This document shows, piece after piece, positions 28,255 through 37,488 of a DNA stretch of 64,000 bases. Position 1 is the first letter of the stretch, and each line of letters opens with the position of its first letter. The translations under genes were made by a program, and so were the position numbers. This stretch comes from an uncultured Alphaproteobacteria bacterium (GTDB lineage Bacteria > Pseudomonadota > Alphaproteobacteria > Micropepsales > Micropepsaceae), in NCBI GenBank assembly GCA_903857685.1, contig CAIOFO010000019.1:289-64288 (forward strand), in the 5' to 3' direction. The notes under the pieces were generated by a model. That model searched no databases, was not told where the DNA came from, and saw only the letters and a program-made list of their open reading frames with translations.

Positions 28255-29352
28255 TCAACGCGCGCGCCAGACGAAGAGCGTGGACATGGCGTAATTCCAC
28301 AAGGCGCCCATGATGGCGCCCGCCGCGCCCGCCAGCCACCAGACTTCGCGGTTTGTGTACAGCCAGGACGCCAGGTCGACATTGGCCAGCGCCCCGACCG
28401 AACCGATCAGGCAGAACAGAAAAAATCCGCGCAAGGCGCCGAAGCCCTTGAGGCGGCGGTCGCGATAGGTCAGCTCATTGTTGAGCAGGAAGTTGCTGGT
28501 CATCGCCACAAGGGTGGCGGCGATCTGGGCAATCTGGAAAAGATCGGGCTGGGCGGGCAGGAAGGCCAGGCAAAGTTTCAGCACAATCAGGTGCACCGCC
28601 AGCCCCAGCGTGCCGACAATGGCGAAAAAGATGAAACGCGGATCCACCAGGTCGCCCGTCATCTTGGCCAGCAGCAATCCGAGGAATTCGACGCCGACCT
28701 GGGCGTTGAATTTGGATTCGCCGTCGAAGCGTTCGCCGAATTCATAAGGCTGCTCGGCGATGCGCAGGCGCTCGCCCGACGTGGCGGCAATGTCGAGCAG
28801 GATCTTGAATCCGACCGGCGACAGGCGGGGCGCAATGGCGTCTAGCCGGTCGCGCCGCATCATGAAGAATCCCGACATCGGATCGCTGAGATCGGTGCCC
28901 ACCAGATGATGGGTGAGCCTGGTTGCCAGGCGGGAAATCGCGCCGCGCTTGCCCGAGAAGCTGGCGGCGCTGCCGCCTTCGACATAGCGCGAACCCGTCA
29001 CCAGATCCGCACTCCCGCTTTCGAGCTTCGCCAGCATGGCGGGCAGGACTTTTTCATCATGCTGCAGGTCGGCGTCTATCACCGCGACATAGGGCGCGGA
29101 CGAGGACAGCATGCCCTCGATGCAGGCGCCCGCCAGGCCGCGCCGCCCCACCCGGCGAATGCAGCGCACCCGCATGTCGGCGGCGCCGATGGCCTTTACC
29201 GCATCGCCGGTGCCGTCGGGCGAATTGTCGTCAACAAAAATGGCTTCCCAGGCGATGCCGGCCAGGGCGAGATCGAGCCGCCGCACCAGCTCGGCGACAT
29301 TGCCCCGCTCCTTGTAGGTGGGCACGACGATGGAGAGTTGGGCGCTGCGCAA
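28255..29352 (-). CDS. GT2 polyprenyl-phosphate sugar synthase fused to GtrA-like flippase domain
   Basis: VVPTYKE, VDDNSPDGT, IDADLQHD, DPMSGFF, GESK; C-terminal 4-TM NFLLNNELTY...WNY. Confidence 0.88.
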   Translation of the reverse strand: MRSAQLSIVVPTYKERGNVAELVRRLDLALAGIAWEAIFVDDNSPDGTGDAVKAIGAADMRVRCIRRVGRRGLAGACIEGMLSSSAPYVAVIDADLQHDEKVLPAMLAKLESGSADLVTGSRYVEGGSAASFSGKRGAISRLATRLTHHLVGTDLSDPMSGFFMMRRDRLDAIAPRLSPVGFKILLDIAATSGERLRIAEQPYEFGERFDGESKFNAQVGVEFLGLLLAKMTGDLVDPRFIFFAIVGTLGLAVHLIVLKLCLAFLPAQPDLFQIAQIAATLVAMTSNFLLNNELTYRDRRLKGFGALRGFFLFCLIGSVGALANVDLASWLYTNREVWWLAGAAGAIMGALWNYAMSTLFVWRAR

Positions 29353-29420
29353 CCTGAGGAAACCTCTGCCAGAGGCACCCTAGGTGACGGCCCAACGCTT
29401 CCCCGTCAAGAGGGGGATAC

Positions 29421-29444
29421 TTGATCTCCCCGAGGGGAGATCAA
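29421..29444 (-). terminator. Hairpin at the end of the small-gene operon
   Basis: TTGATCTCCC-cgag-GGGAGATCAA perfect inverted repeat overlapping the stop codon at 29441. Confidence 0.55.
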
Positions 29445-29608
29445 GTGTGGAAGAAATTGGCGTAGCTGAAATAGAGGACGAGGCCCGCCAAAACCGCCAG
29501 ACCCAGGCTGATACGCAAGACCCAGCGCACCGAGCCCAATTCCTTGCCCTGACGCGCCTCCTCGGCGCCCAGATCAACCGGATGGTCGTGATCGTTTACC
29601 GTTGCCAT
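29441..29608 (-). CDS. 55-aa single-TM small protein (not in ORF track)
   Basis: AGGAGA RBS; MATVNDHDHPVDLGAEEARQGKELGSVRWVLRISLGLAVLAGLVLYFSYANFFHT. Confidence 0.7.
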   Translation of the reverse strand: MATVNDHDHPVDLGAEEARQGKELGSVRWVLRISLGLAVLAGLVLYFSYANFFHT

Positions 29609-29617
29609 TGCAGTCTC

Positions 29618-29845
29618 CTATTCCGCAGCATGGTCCGAAGGGACCGGCCTGCGATTTTCCAATTCCCGGATGGCGATTTCGATTTGCGGCGTCAGCGCCG
29701 CCGCCGCCGTGTCGTCCAGCCAGGCCCGCAGAATTTCCAGCCTTTCGAAATCGTCGAAGCGGCGATCCCGCATCACATCGCCCGGCAGCCGGTAAATCCG
29801 GGCCGGCCGGACCTTGATGTCTTCGAGAAGCTTTTTTCTTGCCAT
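29618..29845 (-). CDS. 75-aa hypothetical soluble protein
   Basis: MARKKLLEDIKVRPARIYRLPGDVMRD...ILRAW; sits between two small genes with 9-11 nt gaps. Confidence 0.65.
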   Translation of the reverse strand: MARKKLLEDIKVRPARIYRLPGDVMRDRRFDDFERLEILRAWLDDTAAAALTPQIEIAIRELENRRPVPSDHAAE

Positions 29846-29856
29846 GACCGTCCGGG

Positions 29857-30009
29857 TTAAATGCGTCCCAGCAGCGCCAGCACCAGCACCACAACCAGGA
29901 CCAGGCCCAGGGTGCTGGACGGGTAGTAGCCCCAGCCCCGGCTATAGGGCCAGGACGGCCAGGCGCCCAGGAGCAGCAGAAGCAGGATGACGATTAAAAT
30001 GGTGCCCAT
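29857..30009 (-). CDS. DUF3309 family small membrane protein
   Basis: MGTILIVILLLLLLGAWPSWPYSRGWGYYPS. Confidence 0.88.
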   Translation of the reverse strand: MGTILIVILLLLLLGAWPSWPYSRGWGYYPSSTLGLVLVVVLVLALLGRI

Positions 30010-30042
30010 GGAAATTCCTTTCCCTGAATGACGTGTAGTGGG

Positions 30043-30067
30043 AACTCCCTTACCAAGTCCCGGTTCC
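30043..30067 (-). promoter_or_regulatory. EcfG-type promoter for DUF3309 operon
   Basis: Minus strand GGAAC-N16-AGTT. Confidence 0.7.
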
Positions 30068-30081
30068 GGCCCGTGCGGCGC

Positions 30082-30107
30082 GGAACCGGGGTACCGGCAT
30101 GGCCGTT
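30082..30107 (+). promoter_or_regulatory. EcfG-type promoter for PRC-barrel gene
   Basis: GGAAC-N17-CGTT. Confidence 0.75.
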
Positions 30108-30140
30108 TACGGCTCTGCGGCGGGGGCAAGGAGTAGCACC

Positions 30141-30524
30141 ATGAACGCGATCCGGACAATTGTTTGCGGCGCGGCGATGCTGATGCTGGCGGCGCCCGGT
30201 TTCATTGATCACGCCTTGGCGGATCCCGCGCCGGGCATGAACAGCAGCAGCGGAATGATCGCGCTGAGCAGCCTGCCCAATCCGCCCGTCACGCTCGCTA
30301 CCGCCAGTGTGGCGGACGCCAAGGGCATGGTGGTGGGTTTTGTGCAAAAGGTGGTGATGGACGCCGGCGGCAAACCGCAGACCGTGGATGTCGCGCTGAT
30401 GGGCTCGAACGCCGTGGTGGCGGTGGATGCGTCCAAATTCAACTATGACCAGGGCCGCAATATCCTGACGGCGGCGATGGATGCGCAGCAGATCGCCGAG
30501 CAGCCGCGCGCGCCACAGGGCTGA
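30141..30524 (+). CDS. Exported PRC-barrel domain protein
   Basis: AAGGAG RBS, signal peptide, VADAKGMVVGFVQKVVMDAGGK PRC-like pattern. Confidence 0.65.
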   Translation: MNAIRTIVCGAAMLMLAAPGFIDHALADPAPGMNSSSGMIALSSLPNPPVTLATASVADAKGMVVGFVQKVVMDAGGKPQTVDVALMGSNAVVAVDASKFNYDQGRNILTAAMDAQQIAEQPRAPQG

Positions 30525-30667
30525 ATTGCATCAGGCGCGGCCACGCCAGGGCCCGCCCAAAAAAACGGGCGACGCGGCTCTATAGTGCGATCCGGCCGGG
30601 GCGGGCGCCCGTATAGGTGCTGTCGCGCCCGCCTGCGGCGCGCTATAATTCGCCCTTGGGGAGTGCC

Positions 30668-31834
30668 ATGAGCCTGATACCAGCGTCCTATATTGCCAAA
30701 AAATGGCGCAGCACCGTGTCGCGCATTGATACCGGCACGCTGACCTTTATCGCCCCCGACGGCGAAGTTACCAAGGTGGTGGGGGCCAAGCCCGGCCCGG
30801 TGGCGCTTTTTCAGATCAATGACTGGGACGTGCTGCGCCGGATCCTGGCGCGCGGCGATATCGGATTGGGCGAGGAATTCATCGCCGGATCCTGGCAGAC
30901 CGACAATATCGAAAACCTGATCAGCCTGTTCCTGCTCAATCTGGACCAGCTGGAAAGTTTCTCCGACGGCAATTTCATCAACCGGCTGGGCTTTGTGATT
31001 CACAATGCGCTGGTGCGGCGCAACTCGGTGGCGGGCTCGGCGCGCAACATCAAGGCGCATTACGATGTCGGCAATAATTTCTACCAGCTCTGGCTGGACC
31101 CGAGCATGACCTATTCCTCGGCGCTGTATGCCGGGACGGACGAGCTTTATCGCGCCCAGCAGAACAAATATGAGCGCATCATCTCCAAATTCGAGAAACC
31201 CAATTCTTCCGTGCTGGAAATAGGCTGCGGCTGGGGCGGCTTTGCCGAGCGCGCCAGCGCCGATGCCTATCAGGTGACCGGCCTGACGATTTCACCTGCC
31301 CAGCATGATTTCGCCACAAGGCGGCTGAATGGCGCCGCCGACATAAGGCTGGAGGACTACCGCAAGTCCAAGGGCAGTTTCGACAACATTGTCTCGATCG
31401 AGATGTTCGAGGCGGTGGGTGAACATTACTGGCCGCAATATTTCGCCACTGTGGCGGAGCGGCTGAAACGCGGCGGCCGCGCCGTGATCCAGACCATCAC
31501 GGTGCGCGACGAATTGTTCGACGGCTATCGCACCAGGTCGGACTTCATCCGCCATTATGTCTTTCCCGGCGGCATGCTGCCGTCCCTGGCGCGATTCCGC
31601 GAGGAAGCGGACAAGGCGGGGCTGAAATTTTGCGAAGCCTTCTCGTTCGGCAAGGATTACGCCCGAACCTTGCGCGAATGGTCGGTCCGCATGCAGGCCA
31701 AGAGCGGCGAGATCATGGCGCTGGGCCATGACGAGCAGTTCCTGCGCAACTGGCAATTCTATCTGGGCATTTGCGCGGCGGCGTTCAATGTTTCGCGCAC
31801 CGATGTCGTGCAGGTCGAACTGATCAACGCGTAA
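30668..31834 (+). CDS. cfa: Cyclopropane-fatty-acyl-phospholipid synthase family methyltransferase
   Basis: HYDVGNNFY, MTYSSA, LEIGCGWGG, SIEMFEAVG, FIRHYVFPGG. Confidence 0.88.
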   Translation: MSLIPASYIAKKWRSTVSRIDTGTLTFIAPDGEVTKVVGAKPGPVALFQINDWDVLRRILARGDIGLGEEFIAGSWQTDNIENLISLFLLNLDQLESFSDGNFINRLGFVIHNALVRRNSVAGSARNIKAHYDVGNNFYQLWLDPSMTYSSALYAGTDELYRAQQNKYERIISKFEKPNSSVLEIGCGWGGFAERASADAYQVTGLTISPAQHDFATRRLNGAADIRLEDYRKSKGSFDNIVSIEMFEAVGEHYWPQYFATVAERLKRGGRAVIQTITVRDELFDGYRTRSDFIRHYVFPGGMLPSLARFREEADKAGLKFCEAFSFGKDYARTLREWSVRMQAKSGEIMALGHDEQFLRNWQFYLGICAAAFNVSRTDVVQVELINA

Positions 31835-33338
31835 CGGTCCGGCTCCGGATCAGGGGCACCATCACCAGCGCCAGCGCAAACAGCGCCGCCACCATCAGCC
31901 AGCCCTCGTTGAGCGACTGCGTAAGCGCCGCACGCTCCACCATGGGCGCAATGATCGCCTTGGTCATGGGATCCACCGGTCCCATGGCGTGGCCGCGAAA
32001 CAGGGCGGTGGGCAGGCCCACCAGACGGGCGGCGGCGGTGTCGCCCGCCTGAAGCCGCGCCACCAGCGCATCGGCATGGCCGGGGCTGCGGGTCTCCACC
32101 AGGGTATCAATCAGCGCGATGCCGATGGCGCCACCGAGATTGCGTGTTAGGTTGAACAACCCGCTGGCATCGGGAACGTCCTTTGCCGCCCAGCCGTCCA
32201 GCGCCATGCGGGTGGTGGGCAGAATGCACAGCATCACGGCCAGGCCGCGCAATATCTGCGGCCAGAACAGGTCCCAGAAATCGCTTTGCGGCGTGACGAA
32301 GCCGTTGAGCAGCAAGCCGGCCCCGAACAGGACAAAGCCTATGGCGGTGAGCAAGCGCGGGTTCATGCGTGTTTCCAGCAGCGCCGCCACGGGCGCCATC
32401 ACCAGTTGGGCCGCGCCCGAGACCATCATGATCTCGCCGATCATCAGCGGCGTGTGGCCGCGCACCAGTCCCAGGAACAACGCCAGCATATAGACCGAAC
32501 CATAAAGTCCCATGCCGAAGACAAAGCTGAGGCCGCAGCCCAGGGCGAAGCTGCGGTGGCGGAACCGCCGCAGATCCACGAATGGCGTGGCATGGGTCAG
32601 GGCGCGCCACACGCCGGCCGTTCCGGCGATCACGCAAACCGCCAGGGTGCTGAACACAAATGCACCGTGCCAGTTGCGCGCCGGCGCCTCGTTCAGCAGA
32701 AGTTCGAGCGTCGCCAGGAAAATCGCGGCCAGAATGAGCGTGGCATAATCGATCTTCTTGAGGGCGCCGACATCGGCCGTGCCCACCCGCACGCAGGCGC
32801 CCACCACAAGACAGACAACCGCGCCGGGCAGGATGTTGATCAGGAAAATCCAGTTCCAGGAATAATTCGTGGTCAGGTAACCGCCCACCAGCGGGCCAAT
32901 GGTGGGGGCGATCATCGCGAAAAGGCCGGCCAGGGTGGTGGCGAGAATGCGCCGCTCTTCCGGGATCATGATGAAGATCGAGGTAAAGACGGCGGGGATC
33001 AGCATGCCGCCGCAAAAGCCCTGCACCACCCGGATCGCGATCAGGATCCCGATGGTGGGCGAAAGCGCGCAGCCCAGGCTGGCCAGGGTGAAGCCCAGCG
33101 TCGCCGCCACGAACATCCAGCGCAGCGACAGCGCCCTTGTCAGAATTCCGGTCAGGGGAATGGCGATCACTTCAGCCATCAGATAGCCGGTTTGAATCCA
33201 GCCCAGCCGGGCGGGCGCCACATGCAGCGCGGCGCCGATGGTGGTCAGCGCGCTGGCCACCACCTGAATGTCGAGAATCGCCATGAACAGGCCGATGCAC
33301 ATGGCCAGGAAGCCGAGCCAGAGCATGAGCTTGCTCAT
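31824..33338 (-). CDS. DHA2 (EmrB/QacA) MFS efflux permease
   Basis: MAILDIQVVAS, WIQTGYLMAEVIAIP, GPLVGG, NLGGAIG; ATGA overlap with upstream gene. Confidence 0.9.
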   Translation of the reverse strand: MSKLMLWLGFLAMCIGLFMAILDIQVVASALTTIGAALHVAPARLGWIQTGYLMAEVIAIPLTGILTRALSLRWMFVAATLGFTLASLGCALSPTIGILIAIRVVQGFCGGMLIPAVFTSIFIMIPEERRILATTLAGLFAMIAPTIGPLVGGYLTTNYSWNWIFLINILPGAVVCLVVGACVRVGTADVGALKKIDYATLILAAIFLATLELLLNEAPARNWHGAFVFSTLAVCVIAGTAGVWRALTHATPFVDLRRFRHRSFALGCGLSFVFGMGLYGSVYMLALFLGLVRGHTPLMIGEIMMVSGAAQLVMAPVAALLETRMNPRLLTAIGFVLFGAGLLLNGFVTPQSDFWDLFWPQILRGLAVMLCILPTTRMALDGWAAKDVPDASGLFNLTRNLGGAIGIALIDTLVETRSPGHADALVARLQAGDTAAARLVGLPTALFRGHAMGPVDPMTKAIIAPMVERAALTQSLNEGWLMVAALFALALVMVPLIRSRTVTR

Positions 33339-33850
33339 GCCGCGCCCTCGCGGCGCGGCGCCAGCCCGGTTTCTTCCAGATGAATCCGCCAGGCCAGAAG
33401 CGCCGCGTTGGCCAGCGAAAAGCCGATGGCGACCCAGATTTCGCCGAACACCAGCGGCAGCATCGCTATTTCCCCCACCACCGCCAGGTAATTGGGATGC
33501 CGCAGGATGCGGTAGGGCCCGCGCCGCACCAGCGGCGCGCCGGGCAGGGAAATGATGCGGGTGGTCCAGTAGATTCCCAGCGTCGCCACCACCCACAGGC
33601 GCAGGCCCTGAAGCACCATGAATATGGCCATCATCGCCCAGTTGATGGTTACGGGATCGGGCAATTGCCAGAGGATCGCCAGCAGCCAGAGCGCGTGCAG
33701 GATGACGATCAGCGGATAATGTCCCGCCCCGATCTCAATCGCGCCGCGCGCCAGCAGCGCCCTGGTGTTGCGCCGGGCCAGCGGCAGTTCGCTCAGGCGC
33801 TGCAGCGCTACTAGCGCCAGGATAATCCAGGCGATGGCTTTGCCACTCAT
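33335..33850 (-). CDS. Isoprenylcysteine carboxyl methyltransferase family (BpsB/SrsB-like)
   Basis: GAIEIGAGHY, LGIYWTTRII, GPYRILRHPNY. Confidence 0.88.
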   Translation of the reverse strand: MSGKAIAWIILALVALQRLSELPLARRNTRALLARGAIEIGAGHYPLIVILHALWLLAILWQLPDPVTINWAMMAIFMVLQGLRLWVVATLGIYWTTRIISLPGAPLVRRGPYRILRHPNYLAVVGEIAMLPLVFGEIWVAIGFSLANAALLAWRIHLEETGLAPRREGAA

Positions 33851-34878
33851 CGCCCATCCAGCATCAGGAAGGTGGCGGTGAAGCCGGGTCCCAACGCGGT
33901 GAGCAGGGTTTGCTGGCCCATAAGTTTCATGCGCTCGGCGACGAACAAGGCCGTGACCGCCGACATATTGCCGAAATCCTTGAGTACGCCGCGGCTCTCC
34001 TTGAGATCGCCGCGCTGCATGTCCATCGAGTCTTCCAGCGCGTCGAGAACCTTGGCGCCGCCGGGATGGCAGGCAAAGCCGCCAATGTCGGACAAGGCGA
34101 TGTCATGGCGGTCCAGAAAGCCGTCGAGCAGCCTGCGGAAATCGGTGGCCACCAGAGTTGGAATGCTCTGGGCGAAGCGCGCTTTCAGGCCGTCTTCCGC
34201 CATTTCCCAGCCCATCACATCCAGGGAATTGGGCCAGGTATATTCGCCCGCCGCGCCAACTTGCGGGCCTTCGCCCTCGGTGGACAGGATCGCGCCCGCC
34301 GCGCCGTCGCCGAACAGCGCCGTCGCCACAACATTGCTCTTGGAAATGTCATTCTTGCGGAACGTCAGGGCGCAGAGTTCGACCGCCAGGAAGAGAACCT
34401 TGCTGCCGGGTTCGGCCCGCGCGATCTGGGCGGCGCGCGACAGCCCGATCACGCCGCCGGCGCAGCCCAGGCCGAAGATCGGCAGGCGCTGAACATCGCG
34501 GCGCAGATTCATCCGTTCAATCAGCAGCGCATCCAGGCTGGGGGTGGCGACGCCGGTGGTGGAAACCAGCACCACGGCGTCAATCTCGTCCTTGTTGAGG
34601 CCGGTTTCGGCCAGCAGCTTGCGCGTCACATTTTCCAGAAGGTCGACGGCGCTCGACACATACAGTTCGGTGCGGTCCATCCAGCCGTGATCGCCCAGAT
34701 ACCAGTCGATCGGAACGCAGGAATAGCGCCGCTCAATGCCGGTATTCTGGAAGACCGTGATCAGGCGGGAAATGTCGCGCACTTCCGCGAACAGCTGGCG
34801 CGCATATTGCGCCGCGTCGGCCTGGGCTATGACAAAGGGCGGCACGGCCGATTTGATGCCGAGGAGCCGGGAACGCAT
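33847..34878 (-). CDS. Type III polyketide synthase (BpsA/SrsA-like)
   Basis: Cys-His-Asn triad in FGLGCAGG, CHPGG, FGNMSA; ALFGDGA; LGPGF. Confidence 0.92.
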   Translation of the reverse strand: MRSRLLGIKSAVPPFVIAQADAAQYARQLFAEVRDISRLITVFQNTGIERRYSCVPIDWYLGDHGWMDRTELYVSSAVDLLENVTRKLLAETGLNKDEIDAVVLVSTTGVATPSLDALLIERMNLRRDVQRLPIFGLGCAGGVIGLSRAAQIARAEPGSKVLFLAVELCALTFRKNDISKSNVVATALFGDGAAGAILSTEGEGPQVGAAGEYTWPNSLDVMGWEMAEDGLKARFAQSIPTLVATDFRRLLDGFLDRHDIALSDIGGFACHPGGAKVLDALEDSMDMQRGDLKESRGVLKDFGNMSAVTALFVAERMKLMGQQTLLTALGPGFTATFLMLDGR

Positions 34879-35193
34879 TGAGCCTCGCGTTTGTTGTTTG
34901 TTGTGTATGGTGTCGGACACACCGAAGCGGCGTCACTATGCATGCTTCGCGTTTGTGTGCCAGCCCTCCGAAACACCGGTGTGTCGGTGCAAAATCGCAC
35001 GATGATTTCCGCAAAATAGGGCGCGTAAAATTTGACGGGCGGGACCAGTGGCCAGCGAAAAAGCGCGGTTGCCGGGCTCCGCCCTCGGGCCGAAAATGTG
35101 GTGATTTTACGGCATCGGATGCTGTTGCGAAGCCGGGGCGGCTCGTGCAAATGTGCGCCGGTTCAGGGGCCAAACACAAAACGGAATTCCAAT

Positions 35194-35577
35194 ATGCGTT
35201 ATCCTGTCTTCGCGGCTGCCGCGCTGTTTGCGTGCAGTGCGGTTTCCAACTTCGCCTATGCCCAGGAAGCCGGCGACCCGGTGGCCGGCAAGGCCGTGTT
35301 CGCGCGCTGCGCCATCTGCCACAAAGTGGCCAAGGATGCGGGCAACGGCCTGGGTCCAAATCTGTTCGGGGTGGTGGGCCGCAAATCGGGGTCGCTGGCG
35401 GGCTTTGAATATTCGGGCCCCATGAAAGCCCTGAACATCACCTGGAACGACGAAAAGCTGTCGGAATGGGTCGCTGGCCCCGCCAAGATGGTGCCCGGCA
35501 CCAAGATGGCGTTCCCCGGCATCACCAGCAAAGGCGATATCCGCAATGTCGTCGCCTATCTGGACAGCCTGAAATAG
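35194..35577 (+). CDS. Class I cytochrome c (c2/cycA-like)
   Basis: Signal peptide, CAICH heme motif, LGPNLFGVVGR, GTKMAF Met ligand. Confidence 0.92.
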   Translation: MRYPVFAAAALFACSAVSNFAYAQEAGDPVAGKAVFARCAICHKVAKDAGNGLGPNLFGVVGRKSGSLAGFEYSGPMKALNITWNDEKLSEWVAGPAKMVPGTKMAFPGITSKGDIRNVVAYLDSLK

Positions 35578-35773
35578 CCTTGTGGCAGAATGACGCATAC
35601 GAACTTTTGCTGCGCCGCAGCAGAAGTGGCGCGGGTTTGCGAGCTGGCGCCAGCCGCTTTCGTTGACAGGCGGCGACGGCCACGCCTAGTTTTTGCGCCG
35701 CACAACAGAGGGATGGCCACATTCGCCGGCCTGCCGGTGATGAGAGGCCACCCATTTGGGATCCGATAACGCC

Positions 35774-36520
35774 ATGAAGGTTCTGGTGCCCGTGAAGCGG
35801 GTGATCGACTACAACGTCAAGGTTCGGGTGAAGGCGGACCAGACCGGCGTTGACTTGGCCAATGTCAAAATGTCCATGAACCCCTTCGACGAAATCGCCG
35901 TCGAGGAAGCTGTCCGGCTGAAGGAAAAGGGCAAGGCCGGCGAAATCATCGCCGTCTCCATCGGGCCGGCCCAGGCCGCCGAAACCATCCGCACGGCGCT
36001 GGCCATGGGGGCCGACCGCGGCATCCTGGTGAAGACCGGAGGCGAGGTCGAACCGCTGGCCGTGGCCAAGATTCTCAAGGCCATCTGCGAAGAAGAAAAA
36101 CCCATGCTGGTGATCGCCGGCAAGCAGGCGATTGACGATGATGCGAGCCAGACCGGCCAGATGCTGGCGGCCCTTCTGGGCTGGGGCCAGGGCACCTTCG
36201 CCCACAGCCTGGAGCTTTCGGACGGCACCGCCAGGATCGCCCGCGAAATTGACGGCGGCCTTCAGACCGTGGCGGTGAAACTGCCGGCGGTGATGACCAC
36301 CGATCTGCGTCTGAATGAGCCGCGCTATGCCTCGCTGCCCAACATCATGAAAGCCAAGAAAAAGCCCATCACGGAAAAAACCCCCGCCGATTATGGCGTG
36401 GACGCGGCGCCGCAGCTGAAGGTCCTGAAAGTCACCGAGCCTGCCAAGCGCGTCGCGGGCATCAAGGTCAAGAGCGTGGCGGAGCTGCTGGACAAGCTCA
36501 AAGAGGCGGGAGCGATCTGA
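35774..36520 (+). CDS. etfB: Electron transfer flavoprotein beta subunit
   Basis: [40 protein letters not shown]. Confidence 0.95.
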   Translation: MKVLVPVKRVIDYNVKVRVKADQTGVDLANVKMSMNPFDEIAVEEAVRLKEKGKAGEIIAVSIGPAQAAETIRTALAMGADRGILVKTGGEVEPLAVAKILKAICEEEKPMLVIAGKQAIDDDASQTGQMLAALLGWGQGTFAHSLELSDGTARIAREIDGGLQTVAVKLPAVMTTDLRLNEPRYASLPNIMKAKKKPITEKTPADYGVDAAPQLKVLKVTEPAKRVAGIKVKSVAELLDKLKEAGAI

Positions 36521-37461
36521 TGGCAACGCTCGTCATCGCCGAACATGACAACAAGGCGCTGAATGACGCCACCGCCAAGACGGTGACGGCGGCGAGCCAG
36601 GTCGGCGGCCCGGTGCATGTGCTGGTGGCGGGCGAAAGCTGCAAAGCCGTGGCGGACGCGGCCGCGAAAATCGCCGGCGTGGAAAAAGTGCTGCTGGCCG
36701 ACAATGCGCTCTATGCCAGGATGATCGCCGAAGCGATGGAGACGCTGATCCTGTCCCTGGCGGACAGGTATGACGCCATTCTGGCCCCCGCCACCACCAG
36801 CGGCAAAAACTATCTGCCGCGCGTCGCCGCAAAACTAGACGTGCCGCAAATTTCCGAAATCGTGAAAGTCGTCGGCGCCGATATTTTCGAGCGGCCGATC
36901 TATGCCGGCAATGCCATCCAGACTGTCCAGGCGGCGGCGGGCAAGAAAATCATCACGGTGCGGGCCACCGCCTTTGCCAAGGCGGCGGAGGGCGGTAACG
37001 CCGCGATCGAGATCCTGCCGGCGGCGGCCGATCCGGGTTTGAGCAAATTCGAAAGCGAAGCCTTGTCCAAGTCGGAACGGCCGGAGCTGACCTCGGCCAA
37101 GATCGTGATTTCCGGCGGCCGCGGCCTGGGCTCGGGCGAAAATTTCAAGCTGATCGACAAGATCGCCGATCGCCTGCATGCGGCGGTGGGGGCATCGCGC
37201 GCCGCGGTGGATGCGGGTTATGTGCCCAATGATTACCAGGTGGGACAGACCGGCAAGGTCGTGGCGCCGGAGCTTTATCTGGCCGTCGGTATTTCTGGTG
37301 CCATCCAGCACCTGGCCGGGATGAAGGATTCCAAGGTGATTGCCGCGATCAACAAGGATGAAGAGGCGCCGATTTTCCAGGTCGCCGATTACGGTCTGGT
37401 GGCCGACCTGTTCCAGGCGCTGCCGGAAATGGATCAGGAACTGGCCAAGCGCGGCTATTGA
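36520..37461 (+). CDS. etfA: Electron transfer flavoprotein alpha subunit
   Basis: [36 protein letters not shown]. Confidence 0.95.
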   Translation: MATLVIAEHDNKALNDATAKTVTAASQVGGPVHVLVAGESCKAVADAAAKIAGVEKVLLADNALYARMIAEAMETLILSLADRYDAILAPATTSGKNYLPRVAAKLDVPQISEIVKVVGADIFERPIYAGNAIQTVQAAAGKKIITVRATAFAKAAEGGNAAIEILPAAADPGLSKFESEALSKSERPELTSAKIVISGGRGLGSGENFKLIDKIADRLHAAVGASRAAVDAGYVPNDYQVGQTGKVVAPELYLAVGISGAIQHLAGMKDSKVIAAINKDEEAPIFQVADYGLVADLFQALPEMDQELAKRGY

Positions 37462-37488
37462 AAATTCAGGATGAGCAAAGGGTAAGTC

